The notes: generated from the sequence alone by a model not told the origin. A stretch of 64,000 nucleotides of DNA from Phycisphaerales bacterium (GCA_014238125.1 JABABS010000088.1:20847-84846), one strand, 5' to 3'; positions 51,079 to 61,660 are shown, numbered from the stretch's first letter. Numbers and translations are program-made.

Positions 51079-52798
51079 ACAACCAGCAATGGAAACAAGA
51101 GTTTTTCGAGTTATGGCGTGTGTTTGCCTGCTTGTCCTCATGGCTTTGGGTGCAGGATTTTACAGAGTTATATCACTAAAGATAGATACTCCTCAAGAAT
51201 TAATATCTATTGCAATTCCTAGAAATAGCACAATTACTGAAATCGCTACGCGGGGCTCACTCTTAGATCGAAGAGGAAGAATTCTTGCAGGAAGTAGAGT
51301 GGGGTATAAATTGTTTGCTGACCCCGAAGGCATTAAAGACCTAGAAGAACTCGCTTTTGAACTTGGTGAAAAACTACAAATACCCCCTGCTGATATTGAA
51401 CGAAAAATTCGTCAGAGTTCGAGTCGAAGATATGTGGTGATTGTTGATTTACTTGAACAATGGCAAGTTGATCTCATCAGAGAATCTTCCTATAAGAATG
51501 TTGGACTTGAAGCACGACTCGTTCGTAGTTATCCACATGGCAATTCAGTCGCAAGCCTTGTTGGGCTTGTTGGAGATGAACATACTGGCCTTGCAGGGCT
51601 TGAACATTCTTTGAACAATTCACTTGACGGAACAACTGGGACAATCGTTCGGCTTCGTGATTCAGATAAGGATACACTTTGGGTTGATCCAAATAATTAC
51701 ATACCAAAAAATAACGGCGAAAATATCCAACTCACCATTGACGTAGTAATTCAAGAAATTGCAACTAGTCATTTACAAGCAGAAGTGCTACGGTGCAATG
51801 CTGGTGGCGGACGCGTTGTTGTACTTGATCCAAAAACTGGCGGCATCCTTGCGATGGCTGACATTTTAAATCCTCGTGAAAATTGGACACAAGAAGTTTC
51901 CGACCCGTCGCGTGATATTGATCCTCGATTAGGCCGTAATCGATGCCTCACTGATCCGTACGAGCCAGGTTCGACATTTAAACCATTCGTTTGGTCTTTT
52001 GCAACCGAACTTGGAAAGGCCACCGAAGATGAAATCTTGCCTACTCCTTCTGGAAGTCCACATCGAACAACATTTGGCAGAATGATTAGAGATGCGCATT
52101 ACTATGGTCCTTCAACGTGGCAAAAAGTTCTCATAAAGTCCATGAACAGTGGCATGGCAATTATTGCTGAGCGCATTACATACGAAGAAATGCGATCTGG
52201 TATTACTGGATTCGGTTTTGGCTCTCCAACATACATTGGACTTGCCGGTGAAACAAGTGGAATCATGACCTCAGGAAAAAACTGGTCTCCCTACACGCAA
52301 ACATCTGTTGCAATGGGACACGAAATTGCTGTGACGCTTCTGCAAATGGCACAAGGTTTTTGTGCGTTTGCCAGAGACGGCTCCCTTCCCCAATTAAGAC
52401 TCATCGCTCAAAAAGAACCGTCAGTACCAATAGTGAAACAAGCAATCACACCTGAAATTGCATTGATCACAAGAAATATTATGGCCAAGGTGATGACAGA
52501 GGGAACGGGCAGAAAATCACAAAGTGATCTCTACGATCTATTTGGAAAATCAGGGACTGCGCAATTGCCAAGAGCCGACGGCAAGGGATATTTTGAAGAT
52601 AGATACACAGCGAGTTTTGTTGCAGGCGCTCCACTTCTCGACCCCGCAGTTGTCGTCGTCTGTGTCATTGACGATCCTGATAAAAAGATCGCTCACTACG
52701 GTGGTGAAGTTGCAGGCCCTGTTGTCCGTGACATTATCAACGATACACTTGAATATCTCGGCATTGCTCCCACTAAATTGCAAGTCGCAACGGAATAA
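51071..52798 (+). CDS. ftsI: class B penicillin-binding protein / peptidoglycan D,D-transpeptidase FtsI
   Basis: N-terminal TM anchor. Transpeptidase motifs STFKP (SxxK), SMN (SxN) and KSGTA (KTG-like). Start ATG 51071; the ORF-track extension from 50993 was ignored. Confidence 0.85.
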   Translation: MNKQPAMETRVFRVMACVCLLVLMALGAGFYRVISLKIDTPQELISIAIPRNSTITEIATRGSLLDRRGRILAGSRVGYKLFADPEGIKDLEELAFELGEKLQIPPADIERKIRQSSSRRYVVIVDLLEQWQVDLIRESSYKNVGLEARLVRSYPHGNSVASLVGLVGDEHTGLAGLEHSLNNSLDGTTGTIVRLRDSDKDTLWVDPNNYIPKNNGENIQLTIDVVIQEIATSHLQAEVLRCNAGGGRVVVLDPKTGGILAMADILNPRENWTQEVSDPSRDIDPRLGRNRCLTDPYEPGSTFKPFVWSFATELGKATEDEILPTPSGSPHRTTFGRMIRDAHYYGPSTWQKVLIKSMNSGMAIIAERITYEEMRSGITGFGFGSPTYIGLAGETSGIMTSGKNWSPYTQTSVAMGHEIAVTLLQMAQGFCAFARDGSLPQLRLIAQKEPSVPIVKQAITPEIALITRNIMAKVMTEGTGRKSQSDLYDLFGKSGTAQLPRADGKGYFEDRYTASFVAGAPLLDPAVVVVCVIDDPDKKIAHYGGEVAGPVVRDIINDTLEYLGIAPTKLQVATE

Positions 52799-52801
52799 TA
52801 A

Positions 52802-53860
52802 TTAGATTCGCCAAGCGAGCGGTTTTCCACTCCCGCCAGTTGTTTCTTTCACAAGCATCACTGTCACGCCTGCAAAAAGTGCAAATCCGAACATCGCAAT
52901 GGAGGCCCATGTCAATTGCAAAGCAGCAAGCCAAGCGCCTGCGTATATACACTCCCAAAGCGCTCCGTATCTTCTAATTTTTTCTGCTGCAATGCGTCTG
53001 GAACTTGCACGCATAATTTTCCAACGAATCGTCACGATGAAACCTACAATCGCTGCAACAATCCAGATCAACGAGAAGACGGACATGCTATCTGGCAAAA
53101 TTGAACCCGTCCTTGCGTAAGGTCCGCCAAGAATTACTGCTGACCAAAAAATCCAACCAAGCACAATACCCATCCACCCTCGGAAGGAAATCTTCGGGCG
53201 TTTACCTTCGAGGACATAGACTGAAATTCCACAAATCATGACATGAGTCATGACCAACCAAACTGGCAAAGTAAATGTCAATTCAATGTTTGCTATCAAC
53301 ATATGCGTTGCATACAACAAACTAATCGAGACGATGCCAACTGCTGGTACGAATTTCCCAACAGTGTTATAAAACAACACAATTGCAGCGGTTAATAACG
53401 CAATTTGCACCGGCCATGTACCTAAAAATGAAGCAGCAAGTAGTGCCATTAGCAAACAAGACACCATCACCACTGCCGCATGGCTCATAGAAAGAAGACC
53501 TTTAGGAATTGGTCGATTGGGGTGAAACGCAGCGTCATGGCGAACATCCAATGTGTCATTTAAAGACGCTGCAAATCCACACATACAAATGGCTACGACT
53601 GCGGTTGCAAGCAGCGATGACCACCAAGGAATCAAATAGACACTAGTGCCGACAAAATCCGAATCACTTTTCGTCAAAATTAATACCAACCAAATATCAG
53701 CTACCGCACCAATTGCCACACTTAACCTTGTCAAGTGCAATGTCGCTAATGCCTGTTTAGAACTCTTCAACACAAGCGTATCGTATCGACCTCCAACAAG
53801 CTCTGTCCAAAAATGTGGGTCATAAAAACCAATCAACCACCCCCTCACACCGTTGTACAT
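52802..53860 (-). CDS. UbiA-family aromatic/isoprenoid prenyltransferase (integral membrane)
   Basis: Polytopic membrane protein with the Asp-rich motif LNDTLDVRHDAAFHPNRPIPKG (NDxxDxxxD...RP). Substrate unknown. Confidence 0.7.
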   Translation of the reverse strand: MYNGVRGWLIGFYDPHFWTELVGGRYDTLVLKSSKQALATLHLTRLSVAIGAVADIWLVLILTKSDSDFVGTSVYLIPWWSSLLATAVVAICMCGFAASLNDTLDVRHDAAFHPNRPIPKGLLSMSHAAVVMVSCLLMALLAASFLGTWPVQIALLTAAIVLFYNTVGKFVPAVGIVSISLLYATHMLIANIELTFTLPVWLVMTHVMICGISVYVLEGKRPKISFRGWMGIVLGWIFWSAVILGGPYARTGSILPDSMSVFSLIWIVAAIVGFIVTIRWKIMRASSRRIAAEKIRRYGALWECIYAGAWLAALQLTWASIAMFGFALFAGVTVMLVKETTGGSGKPLAWRI

Positions 53861-53890
53861 AAGCCCGTTCGCCTTTACTATGTCTCACCT

Positions 53891-54364
53891 ATGCTTGATC
53901 TTCCATCTCTGCCAACTACAACTGCTGACCTTTCGATCGCAATCATTGTCAGCAGATACCACGCTGACATCACTGATGCGCTTGCAGAGGGTGCAAAACA
54001 GGCATTCGTGGATGCTGGTGGAGATGAATCCCAGCTCCTCATCATCCCCGTTTCTGGCGCATGGGAACTACCTGTTGTGGCAAGCGCACTCCTTGAAGAA
54101 AAAAAAGCAGATGCAATTGTTGCTCTTGGGTGCATCATCACCGGTGAAACAATGCACGACCAGGTCATCGCAAATGCAATCGCTCACAGTCTCATGCAAC
54201 TTTCTATAAACTCCGGCAAACCCGTATCGATGGGTGTCCTAACTTGCAAAACATTTGAGCAAGCGATGGCACGCGCTGGTGGAGATTGTGGCAACAAGGG
54301 AATAGAATCAATGAACGCCGCGATCGCAACAATTGCAACAATCCGTAACCAAAACGAAATATAA
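53891..54364 (+). CDS. ribH: 6,7-dimethyl-8-ribityllumazine synthase
   Basis: IAIIVSRYHADITDALAEGA..., VSGAWELP and ALGCIITGETMH. Start ATG 53891; the longer ORF would overlap the divergent UbiA-family gene. Confidence 0.9.
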   Translation: MLDLPSLPTTTADLSIAIIVSRYHADITDALAEGAKQAFVDAGGDESQLLIIPVSGAWELPVVASALLEEKKADAIVALGCIITGETMHDQVIANAIAHSLMQLSINSGKPVSMGVLTCKTFEQAMARAGGDCGNKGIESMNAAIATIATIRNQNEI

Positions 54365-54373
54365 ATTACACGC

Positions 54374-54811
54374 ATGCCACAAAGCCGAATCCTCCGTCAA
54401 CAAACCCTTCAACTACTCTGCCAGTTTGATGCTGGTAATTGTGATGTCGCATCGATTACCGATGAGACATTTGATGAAGAAACTTCTAAAACTACTCCAG
54501 CAAGTGCAAAAATCACATCACTTGCAAATAAAGTGTGGGGAACAAAAGACAAGGCAGATGAAATAATTGCGCCACTCACTCCAGATTGGCCCACGCATAG
54601 ACAACCATTGGTCGATCGAAATATTTTGCGGCTTGCATATTATGAAATCACAAGTGGTATCACACCACCTATCGTAGTTATTAATGAAGCAATCGAACTT
54701 GCGAAAGAATTTGGGACTCAAGAATCCCCAGCATTTATCAACGGTGTTCTTGATAAAATCAGAGAACAATATGATGCAAATGGCAAAGACGCAGAAACCG
54801 CTACTTCTTAA
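54374..54811 (+). CDS. nusB: transcription antitermination factor NusB
   Basis: VDRNILRLAYYEI and VVINEAIELAKEFG are NusB hallmarks. Classical ribH-nusB adjacency. Confidence 0.85.
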   Translation: MPQSRILRQQTLQLLCQFDAGNCDVASITDETFDEETSKTTPASAKITSLANKVWGTKDKADEIIAPLTPDWPTHRQPLVDRNILRLAYYEITSGITPPIVVINEAIELAKEFGTQESPAFINGVLDKIREQYDANGKDAETATS

Positions 54812-55737
54812 TGGGACTTTTCAGAGCAACAGTTAACGCACTTAGAAGTGGACTTTCAAGAACACGGAGCGCTTTGGCAACTCCACTTGCAGCAATGCGG
54901 GGACGAACAATTGACAACGATTCGATCAATGAACTTGAGCGATTATTGCTCTCCTCTGATGTTGGAACAACTACGACTGATATTATCGTGAGCGAACTTC
55001 GCGATACTATAACAAGAGGCGATAAACATAATCGAGACATCCTTGAACTTCTCCGCGATCAACTCATCAATCGACTTGCAAACAAAGATCGCACTCTTGC
55101 AATCGCCGAAACTTCACCGACTGTTATTCTTGTTGCGGGTGTCAACGGTGTTGGCAAAACGACAAGTGTTGCTAAAATTGGTCGAGCACTTCGCGAAGAA
55201 AATCGAAGCGTCCTTCTTGCAGCCGCAGACACCTTTAGAGCCGGCGCTGTCTCACAACTTTCAACGTGGGCCCAGCGTCTTGGCATCGAAATTATTAAAG
55301 GTCAACAGGGTGCAGATCCTGCCGCTGTAACTTTTGATGCTACCGAAGCAGCCATCTCTCGTAACTCGGATGTACTCCTTATTGACACTGCTGGGAGACT
55401 ACACACCCAAGAGCCATTAATGAGACAACTTGAAAAAATAAAGCAAGTAACTTCAAAGAAAGTTGATGGCGCTCCACATGAAGTACTACTTGTACTTGAC
55501 GCAACACAAGGTCAAAACACACTTGTCCAAGCAAAACGCTTTTCTGAAGCGATAGATGTTACTGGCATTTTTCTTGCAAAGCTCGACGGCACCGCACGGG
55601 GAGGAATAGTGTTTGCAATCGAAGATGAGACTGGGATACCAGTGAAACTCATAGGGATTGGCGAACACCCTGAAGATGTCGAACCCTTTGTCCCTGAAGT
55701 ATTTGTCGATGCCCTGATCAACGAAGCAGTTTCGTAA
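54811..55737 (+). CDS. ftsY: signal recognition particle receptor FtsY (NG domain only)
   Basis: SRP-GTPase motifs GVNGVGKTTS, DTAGRL and AKLDGTARGG. 308 aa, so there is no acidic A-domain. Start overlaps the nusB stop (TAATG). Confidence 0.92.
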   Translation: MGLFRATVNALRSGLSRTRSALATPLAAMRGRTIDNDSINELERLLLSSDVGTTTTDIIVSELRDTITRGDKHNRDILELLRDQLINRLANKDRTLAIAETSPTVILVAGVNGVGKTTSVAKIGRALREENRSVLLAAADTFRAGAVSQLSTWAQRLGIEIIKGQQGADPAAVTFDATEAAISRNSDVLLIDTAGRLHTQEPLMRQLEKIKQVTSKKVDGAPHEVLLVLDATQGQNTLVQAKRFSEAIDVTGIFLAKLDGTARGGIVFAIEDETGIPVKLIGIGEHPEDVEPFVPEVFVDALINEAVS

Positions 55738-55764
55738 TGCCCATGTAAGGTATCATGCAAGCCC

Positions 55765-58668
55765 GTGAGGAATTGGATCCAATTCATTTTATTTTGCCTG
55801 ATTACAGCAACTACTACTGCGCAGGAGTTGCAATTCAAAAATATAACAAACACTGGCGATCGACTCTCGGGAGTTGTTTTACCAGTTCTTCCACTTGATG
55901 CTGAAATCACAATTCTTGCCCTCCGCGCAGATGCGTGGACTGTAAACGATACTAAGCGTCTTGTACTTACTACAGATATCGTAATTTCAATTGGCACATA
56001 CATATTCCAATCTGAAAAAGCATCCGTTTGGATTAATCGAATGCCAACTGACCGCGGTGTTGTATCCCAGATTGCCGTGTATATGCCAACTTCCACTCGC
56101 ACCGGAGGAAGAACTGCCCTCGGCGCTGAAGGGAAAGATTTACTCATTGTTGGCAGCACATTTGGCGGGATCAACATGGATGTTGCCCTTCTGAATCCAA
56201 AAAAACCTACCAATGAAAAAACATTTATTCAACAATCTCAAAGCAGACTCGCAGGATACATCCAACGTTTGCAACTAGGTGGAACAACATTATCAACTCA
56301 ACCTAAAGTCATCGCATCTCCACTCCCCGCCGACGAAGATGAAACACTCATTTCACAAGTTCCAGTTAAACAAACAAAACAGCCTTGGCTTCGTTCGAGA
56401 TCTGGAATCATGTCCATCACTGCAAATAACGTTGAACTCAAGACGGGAGATACTGAAAACATTGTCACAATAGTTGGAAACGTAGTTCTAGAACTCCGAT
56501 CTACTTCCGGCATTGATGACATGCAAATGACTGCGGATCGCGCTGTGATTTTTACTGATCCCGGTTCAATCAGAGATATGGCTTCTGGGAAAATTGAATC
56601 ACAAGATATTCGAGGCATCTATCTTGAAGGGAACGTCCTTGTAGATTCAAATCATGGTGCGTACCTTGTTCGATCTCCGCAAGCCTACTACGATTTTACT
56701 TCTGACAATGCTATGCTTGTGGAAGCAGTACTCCGAACCTACGCAATGCAAGGAAAAGTCCCACTCTTTGTCCGTGCAAAAGAAATGCGCCAAATTGCTG
56801 TGGATCAGTGGACTGCGAAAGGCGTGCAAATTTCTACGAGTTCGTTTGCTACACCAGACCTTGCAATCGGTTCGAGCAGTATCAAATTAACCGAACAGCC
56901 AAACGGAAATATGCACATCGAATCCATACACAACACATTGCGTATGGGTGGCACTCCTGTTTTTTATTGGCCCTATTATGCGGGTGAAGCAAACGACATT
57001 CCTATACATAAAGTGAAATTTGGATACAAAAAAACATTCGGATCTTTTTTAGAAACTCAGTGGGATCTTTTTACCTTACTTGGCATCCAACAACCAAAAG
57101 GTTTGCGAACTGATTTACGACTAGATGGTTACAAATCTCGAGGTGCTGGCGTTGGATTAGATATTGATTATGCGTTTGGAAACAACAATGGTGATATTGA
57201 CTTGTATTTCCTCTCAGATGCCGGCAAACAAAAAACGTCGTCTGGTATCGAAATGGACATTCCTGAGAATGAACACCAACGCGGGTACATTTTCTGGGAA
57301 AATCAAACTAAGTTAAGCGATCACTGGTCACTCCAAACACAACTCAGTTACATCAGCGATCCCACATTTATCTCCGTTTGGAGGCAAGGTGATTACAATA
57401 ATCGTAGAGAATATGAAACAAGCCTTTTTGCAAAATACCAAAAAGAAAACTGGGCTTTTACCGCCTTTGCATCGCATGATCTCAACAAGTTTATTTCAAA
57501 CAGTTGGTTAATGGCTTCAAGACAATACTCTGTTGAAAAAGCACCAGAACTTGGCTTGTTCAGATATGCAGACGACCTCTTCAATGGAGCAGTAACTTGG
57601 TCGAGTGAAACACGAATCACTAGAGAGAGAATGCGCTTCCAAGATGGCACCCCTGCCTCGAACGGTCTTAAACGAACAGCCTTTGAGATGCCCGGCGGCG
57701 GTTTTCTTGGAAACAACGAACCCTTCGCGGATTTATTCGCAGCAAGAGGACTAACTGAAGGTTTCGAGAGCAGACTCACCTCTAGGCATGAATTTTCTGC
57801 ACCTTTTACAGCCGGCGCATTTAAGTTTTCGCCATTTGCAAGCATGCAAGCAGATGTTCCAATTGGCGATGATGATTCGGGTACGAATGGAGACGACACA
57901 AAGTGGTTTTCAACAATTGGTCTGCGTGCTTCGACACAAATTCAACGTATTTTCAATGATGTTGATAACGACATGTTAGATTTACATCGACTCAGACATG
58001 TGATTGAACCGTACATGACACTTTGGTATGGTTCAGGCAGTGTTGATCCAATGTCGATTGAACAATACAGCGCACTTGTAGATAATGTTTCGACTGGTAC
58101 GGCAGCATGGCTTGGCGTAAAAAATACATTACAAACATGGCGCGGTGGTCCCGGTCGTTGGTATGAAGTTGACTGGCTCACTCTTGACGTTTCACTTCTC
58201 ACTGTCAGCAGCAATGCTACAAGGCGCTATGTCACCCCTCAATTTTTTAGTTGGCGTCCTGAATATTCGTCACTAGAAGATTCTGTTATGGCAAGGAGTG
58301 TGTGGCAAATAAGTGATGGCGTTGCACTGCTCGGCAACGGTACGTGGCTCACTGATAACGGGCGCATGGTTCTAGGCTCTGTCGGGGCAGAACTTGATCA
58401 CGGCAGAGATGTTCGTACATTTGTTGAGTATCGCGAAATCGCGAATAATGATGACCAATACCTGTCGGTTGGCGTGAAATACAAACTCAGCAAAAGATAT
58501 TCATTCCATGCAACACCAACATGGAACATGAAGGAAGATGACCTTCAATCATTACGTCTTAACTTAACAAGACATTATCCTGATTTTGATCTTGTTGGTC
58601 AGGTTACGCACAACAGCATCAAGGACGAGACACAGTATGGGATAGCGTTTCGTTTGTTGAAGTTCTGA
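55765..58668 (+). CDS. lptD: LptD-like (OstA family) outer-membrane LPS-assembly beta-barrel protein
   Basis: Signal peptide (FILFCLITATTTAQE). N-terminal OstA-like beta-jellyroll region (ADRAVIFTD...YLEGNVLVD...AYYDF). Segment ISTSSFATPDLAIGSSSIKL resembles the LptD TTC...PxW...I.L block. Long C-terminal barrel ends in an aromatic residue (RLLKF). GTG start. Confidence 0.6.
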   Translation: MRNWIQFILFCLITATTTAQELQFKNITNTGDRLSGVVLPVLPLDAEITILALRADAWTVNDTKRLVLTTDIVISIGTYIFQSEKASVWINRMPTDRGVVSQIAVYMPTSTRTGGRTALGAEGKDLLIVGSTFGGINMDVALLNPKKPTNEKTFIQQSQSRLAGYIQRLQLGGTTLSTQPKVIASPLPADEDETLISQVPVKQTKQPWLRSRSGIMSITANNVELKTGDTENIVTIVGNVVLELRSTSGIDDMQMTADRAVIFTDPGSIRDMASGKIESQDIRGIYLEGNVLVDSNHGAYLVRSPQAYYDFTSDNAMLVEAVLRTYAMQGKVPLFVRAKEMRQIAVDQWTAKGVQISTSSFATPDLAIGSSSIKLTEQPNGNMHIESIHNTLRMGGTPVFYWPYYAGEANDIPIHKVKFGYKKTFGSFLETQWDLFTLLGIQQPKGLRTDLRLDGYKSRGAGVGLDIDYAFGNNNGDIDLYFLSDAGKQKTSSGIEMDIPENEHQRGYIFWENQTKLSDHWSLQTQLSYISDPTFISVWRQGDYNNRREYETSLFAKYQKENWAFTAFASHDLNKFISNSWLMASRQYSVEKAPELGLFRYADDLFNGAVTWSSETRITRERMRFQDGTPASNGLKRTAFEMPGGGFLGNNEPFADLFAARGLTEGFESRLTSRHEFSAPFTAGAFKFSPFASMQADVPIGDDDSGTNGDDTKWFSTIGLRASTQIQRIFNDVDNDMLDLHRLRHVIEPYMTLWYGSGSVDPMSIEQYSALVDNVSTGTAAWLGVKNTLQTWRGGPGRWYEVDWLTLDVSLLTVSSNATRRYVTPQFFSWRPEYSSLEDSVMARSVWQISDGVALLGNGTWLTDNGRMVLGSVGAELDHGRDVRTFVEYREIANNDDQYLSVGVKYKLSKRYSFHATPTWNMKEDDLQSLRLNLTRHYPDFDLVGQVTHNSIKDETQYGIAFRLLKF

Positions 58669-58671
58669 CGC

Positions 58672-59448
58672 TCACGAACACTGTTTCCATAACTCCTCAA
58701 GCTGTTCAATCGTCAAAGTAGAAGGTCTTGCTGATGGGCTTATTCCATCAGGTAGTTGGAGATCTCGACCTAAAATTGCACCAAGTTGCTTTCTTCTTTT
58801 TGTAAACAACTTTGTAACAAATGTTGCAAATGCTTCGCTTTCATCAGAGGGCAAAGTTTCACGGCGTGTGATCGAAATGCACGCACTTGTTATTTTCGGA
58901 GGAGGCCAAAAACAAGTTGGCGGGACTTTAGAAATCAGTGAAACTTCGGCAATGCGTTGGGTTAAAATTGAGAGCACGCCCCAAGCAGAAGAATCGACTT
59001 TCGCCATTAATCGCTGCGCAACTTCAAGTTGAATTGTGACAAACTCCCCAACACAGTTCGGATGATTCACCATCAAATCAACAATCAGTGGACTAGCAAT
59101 TTGGTATGGCAAATTAGAAACCAATTTCCAAGGTTGATCTCCAAGGGCAGCAGCAACTTCTGTGTTGAGATGACGCTTGGTCAAACAATCACCTCGAATC
59201 AGATGAATTTTATCGCCCAAACGTTCTTCAACTAAATCTGCTAACCCGCGGTCAAGTTCGCATGCAATCACCCTACATCCTCTATCAAGAAGAGCTTCCG
59301 TCAACGTGCCAGTTCCAGGGCCAACTTCTAATACCAAGTCGCCCTCCGAAAGAGCGGCGGCATCAAGCAACTTTGTAAGCACATTGTGATCATGTAAAAA
59401 ATTTTGCCCAAATCGATGGCGCGGGGAAAGCCCACGTTCCTCAAGCAT
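58672..59448 (-). CDS. rsmA: 16S rRNA (adenine1518/adenine1519-N6)-dimethyltransferase RsmA/KsgA
   Basis: PRHRFGQNFLHDHNVL, LEVGPGTGTLTE and SNLPYQIASP are KsgA motifs. Confidence 0.9.
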   Translation of the reverse strand: MLEERGLSPRHRFGQNFLHDHNVLTKLLDAAALSEGDLVLEVGPGTGTLTEALLDRGCRVIACELDRGLADLVEERLGDKIHLIRGDCLTKRHLNTEVAAALGDQPWKLVSNLPYQIASPLIVDLMVNHPNCVGEFVTIQLEVAQRLMAKVDSSAWGVLSILTQRIAEVSLISKVPPTCFWPPPKITSACISITRRETLPSDESEAFATFVTKLFTKRRKQLGAILGRDLQLPDGISPSARPSTLTIEQLEELWKQCS

Positions 59449-59477
59449 AGCTCTGATCTCACTTAACCGTTGCAGAA

Positions 59478-60053
59478 TTATGCCTTCCCGAGATATTCAC
59501 CCGTCTCGGTATTGATTTTGACAACTTGACCAATTTCAATAAATGGTGGAACGCGTATTCTTGCACCAGTTTCAACAGTTGCTTCTTTCAACTGATTCGT
59601 TGCGGTTGCTGATTTGGGCTGATCAATCGTATCTGTAATTTCTAATTCCACAGATGCGGGTAACTCTACACCAAGTGCTTTACCATTAAAAACCATCACA
59701 GAAACTTCAATGCCATCTTTTAACCATTGTGATTGATCCTTGTCAATGACATCAGCATCAAGTTCAAGTTGATCGTACGTTTCATCATCCATAAATACCC
59801 ATGGACCCGCACCATGCCCGCTGCTGTCATACAAAAATTGCATTTTTCTTTTATCAATGTTGACGTCTTCTACTTTGTCAGATGTATTAAAACGGTTAAC
59901 TTTGATGGTACCTGTTTCAATATTTTTCATTTTAGCCTGTACGTATGCAGGCCCTTTACCTGGTTTTACATGATCTGTTCCGATGACAATTTGTAAATTA
60001 CCATCATAAATTAGTGCTTGACCTCTTCGTAAATCGTTTGCTTTAATTGACAT
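59478..60053 (-). CDS. efp: elongation factor P
   Basis: MSIKANDLRRGQALIYDGNLQIV...HVKPGKGPAYVQAKMKN is the conserved EF-P N-terminal domain with the modified-Lys loop (KPGKG). Confidence 0.93.
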   Translation of the reverse strand: MSIKANDLRRGQALIYDGNLQIVIGTDHVKPGKGPAYVQAKMKNIETGTIKVNRFNTSDKVEDVNIDKRKMQFLYDSSGHGAGPWVFMDDETYDQLELDADVIDKDQSQWLKDGIEVSVMVFNGKALGVELPASVELEITDTIDQPKSATATNQLKEATVETGARIRVPPFIEIGQVVKINTETGEYLGKA

Positions 60054-60073
60054 TATAGATCCCTTTGCAAATG

Positions 60074-61660
60074 TTAATGTGCAGTTGCTTCTGCGCGTAT
60101 TTCTCTCAGTACTGTAACTTTAATTTCACCTGGGAATGTCATTTCTTCCTCAATTCTCGCAGCAATCCGCTTTGCCATCGCGAACGCTTCACCGTCACCA
60201 ACGCTCTTTGCATCAACAATAACACGAACTTCTCGACCAGCCTGAATGGCATGTGATTCGTCAACACCTTTTTGCTCTTTTGCAATTGTTTCAAGTTGTT
60301 CAAGGCGTTTGACGTACGCCTCCATCGACTCTCGCCGTGCACCAGGCCGTGCACTACTAATAGCATCCGCAGCCATCACAATCGGTGTATAAGGAGTCGT
60401 TGAGGGGACATCACCATGGTGACCCACAACTGCGTTCAAGACAGCTTCTGCTTTTTCACCATACTTCTTGCAATAATCCATTCCGATCTGGGGGTGCGTT
60501 CCTTCGACTTCGTGATCCATCGCCTTGCCAATATCGTGCAAAAATCCACAACGTCGTGCAAGTTCACCGTCAAGACCAAGTTCATCTGCAATCACTTGAC
60601 AGAGAAATGCAACTTCGATCGAGTGACGTAAAACATTTTGACCATAACTTGTACGAAAATGCATCCGTCCCATCGCTTCTACAATTTTTGGATGAAGACC
60701 ACGGATGTTTGCCTCCATAACAGCGGCATTTCCTTCTTTCAAAATTTGTTCATTAACATCTTCGCGTACTGATTCAACTATTTCTTCAATTCGAGCAGGG
60801 TGAACACGGCCATCAGCTACAAGTTTTTCGAGCGAGCGACCTGCAACTGCTCTTCGAATTGGGTCAAAGCACGAAACTGAAATAATACCCGGCGTATCAT
60901 CAACGAGAATATCAGCGCCTGTGGCTTGCTCAAGTGCTCGAATATTTCGCCCTTCTCGGCCGATCACTCGTCCCTTCATATCATCCGATGGAATTCGTAC
61001 CGCACGAACAGTTGTCTCTGCAACATGTTCAGCTGCAAATCGCTGTATTGCTTGCAACGTAATTTCGCGACTCTTTGCCCGCGCATTTTCGGTTGCCTCT
61101 TCAATAATCTTCTGAATAAGTTCATTTGCATCGTGCTCAGCATCATGGCGAATCTCTTCAAGCAACTGATTCTTTGCTTCTTCAGATGACATTCCAGATA
61201 CTTCTTCAAGTCGAGTTTGCAACTCGCCAACACGTACATCAATTGCGACTTTGGCTTCTTTGAGCTCTTCAGTTTGTGTTTCTAAAGACGACCTCATTTC
61301 ATCAAGTTTGACTTGCCTCTCAGCGACTTGATCAAGTTTATTATCAAGATTATCTTCTCGTTTTTCGAGCCTTGCTTGATCTTTTTTCATTTCACCACGA
61401 GCATCTGAAATCTCTCTATCAAGTTCAGACCTTCGCTTTGTAGCTTGTCGTTCAACCTCGAGTTCAACTTTCTGCTTTTCAGCAGCTGCCTCTGTTTTTG
61501 CAGCAGAAATAGTTTGTTCTGCCTCACGCTTTGCAAGCCGAATCGTACCCCCGGCTGTTGCTCTCAAAAACAACCACCCGCCAACTGCACCAAGGATTAA
61601 CCCGCCAACGCCTATTCCTATTTCAAGACCAATATTTGCAAGCATCTGTATTTGTGACAA
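60074..61660 (-). CDS. rny: ribonuclease Y
   Basis: N-terminal TM helix, long coiled-coil, KH domain (MKGRVIGREGRNIRALE) and HD domain (LHDIGKA). TTG start at 61660 sits 7 nt after AGGAGGG; an in-frame ATG lies 5 codons later. Confidence 0.9.
   Translation of the reverse strand: MSQIQMLANIGLEIGIGVGGLILGAVGGWLFLRATAGGTIRLAKREAEQTISAAKTEAAAEKQKVELEVERQATKRRSELDREISDARGEMKKDQARLEKREDNLDNKLDQVAERQVKLDEMRSSLETQTEELKEAKVAIDVRVGELQTRLEEVSGMSSEEAKNQLLEEIRHDAEHDANELIQKIIEEATENARAKSREITLQAIQRFAAEHVAETTVRAVRIPSDDMKGRVIGREGRNIRALEQATGADILVDDTPGIISVSCFDPIRRAVAGRSLEKLVADGRVHPARIEEIVESVREDVNEQILKEGNAAVMEANIRGLHPKIVEAMGRMHFRTSYGQNVLRHSIEVAFLCQVIADELGLDGELARRCGFLHDIGKAMDHEVEGTHPQIGMDYCKKYGEKAEAVLNAVVGHHGDVPSTTPYTPIVMAADAISSARPGARRESMEAYVKRLEQLETIAKEQKGVDESHAIQAGREVRVIVDAKSVGDGEAFAMAKRIAARIEEEMTFPGEIKVTVLREIRAEATAH

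Noticed and set aside
50841-51098. 85-aa minus-strand ORF overlapping the FtsL-like gene and the ftsI start.
   Set aside because: It is antisense to a co-directional, tightly coupled gene string. The plus-strand small ORF has the expected bitopic architecture and an overlap with ftsI.
53861-53890. FMN riboswitch upstream of ribH and Moco riboswitch upstream of moaD/moeA.
   Set aside because: The ribH upstream gap is about 30 nt, and moaD is 1 nt from mutL. Neither can hold an aptamer of 100 nt or more.
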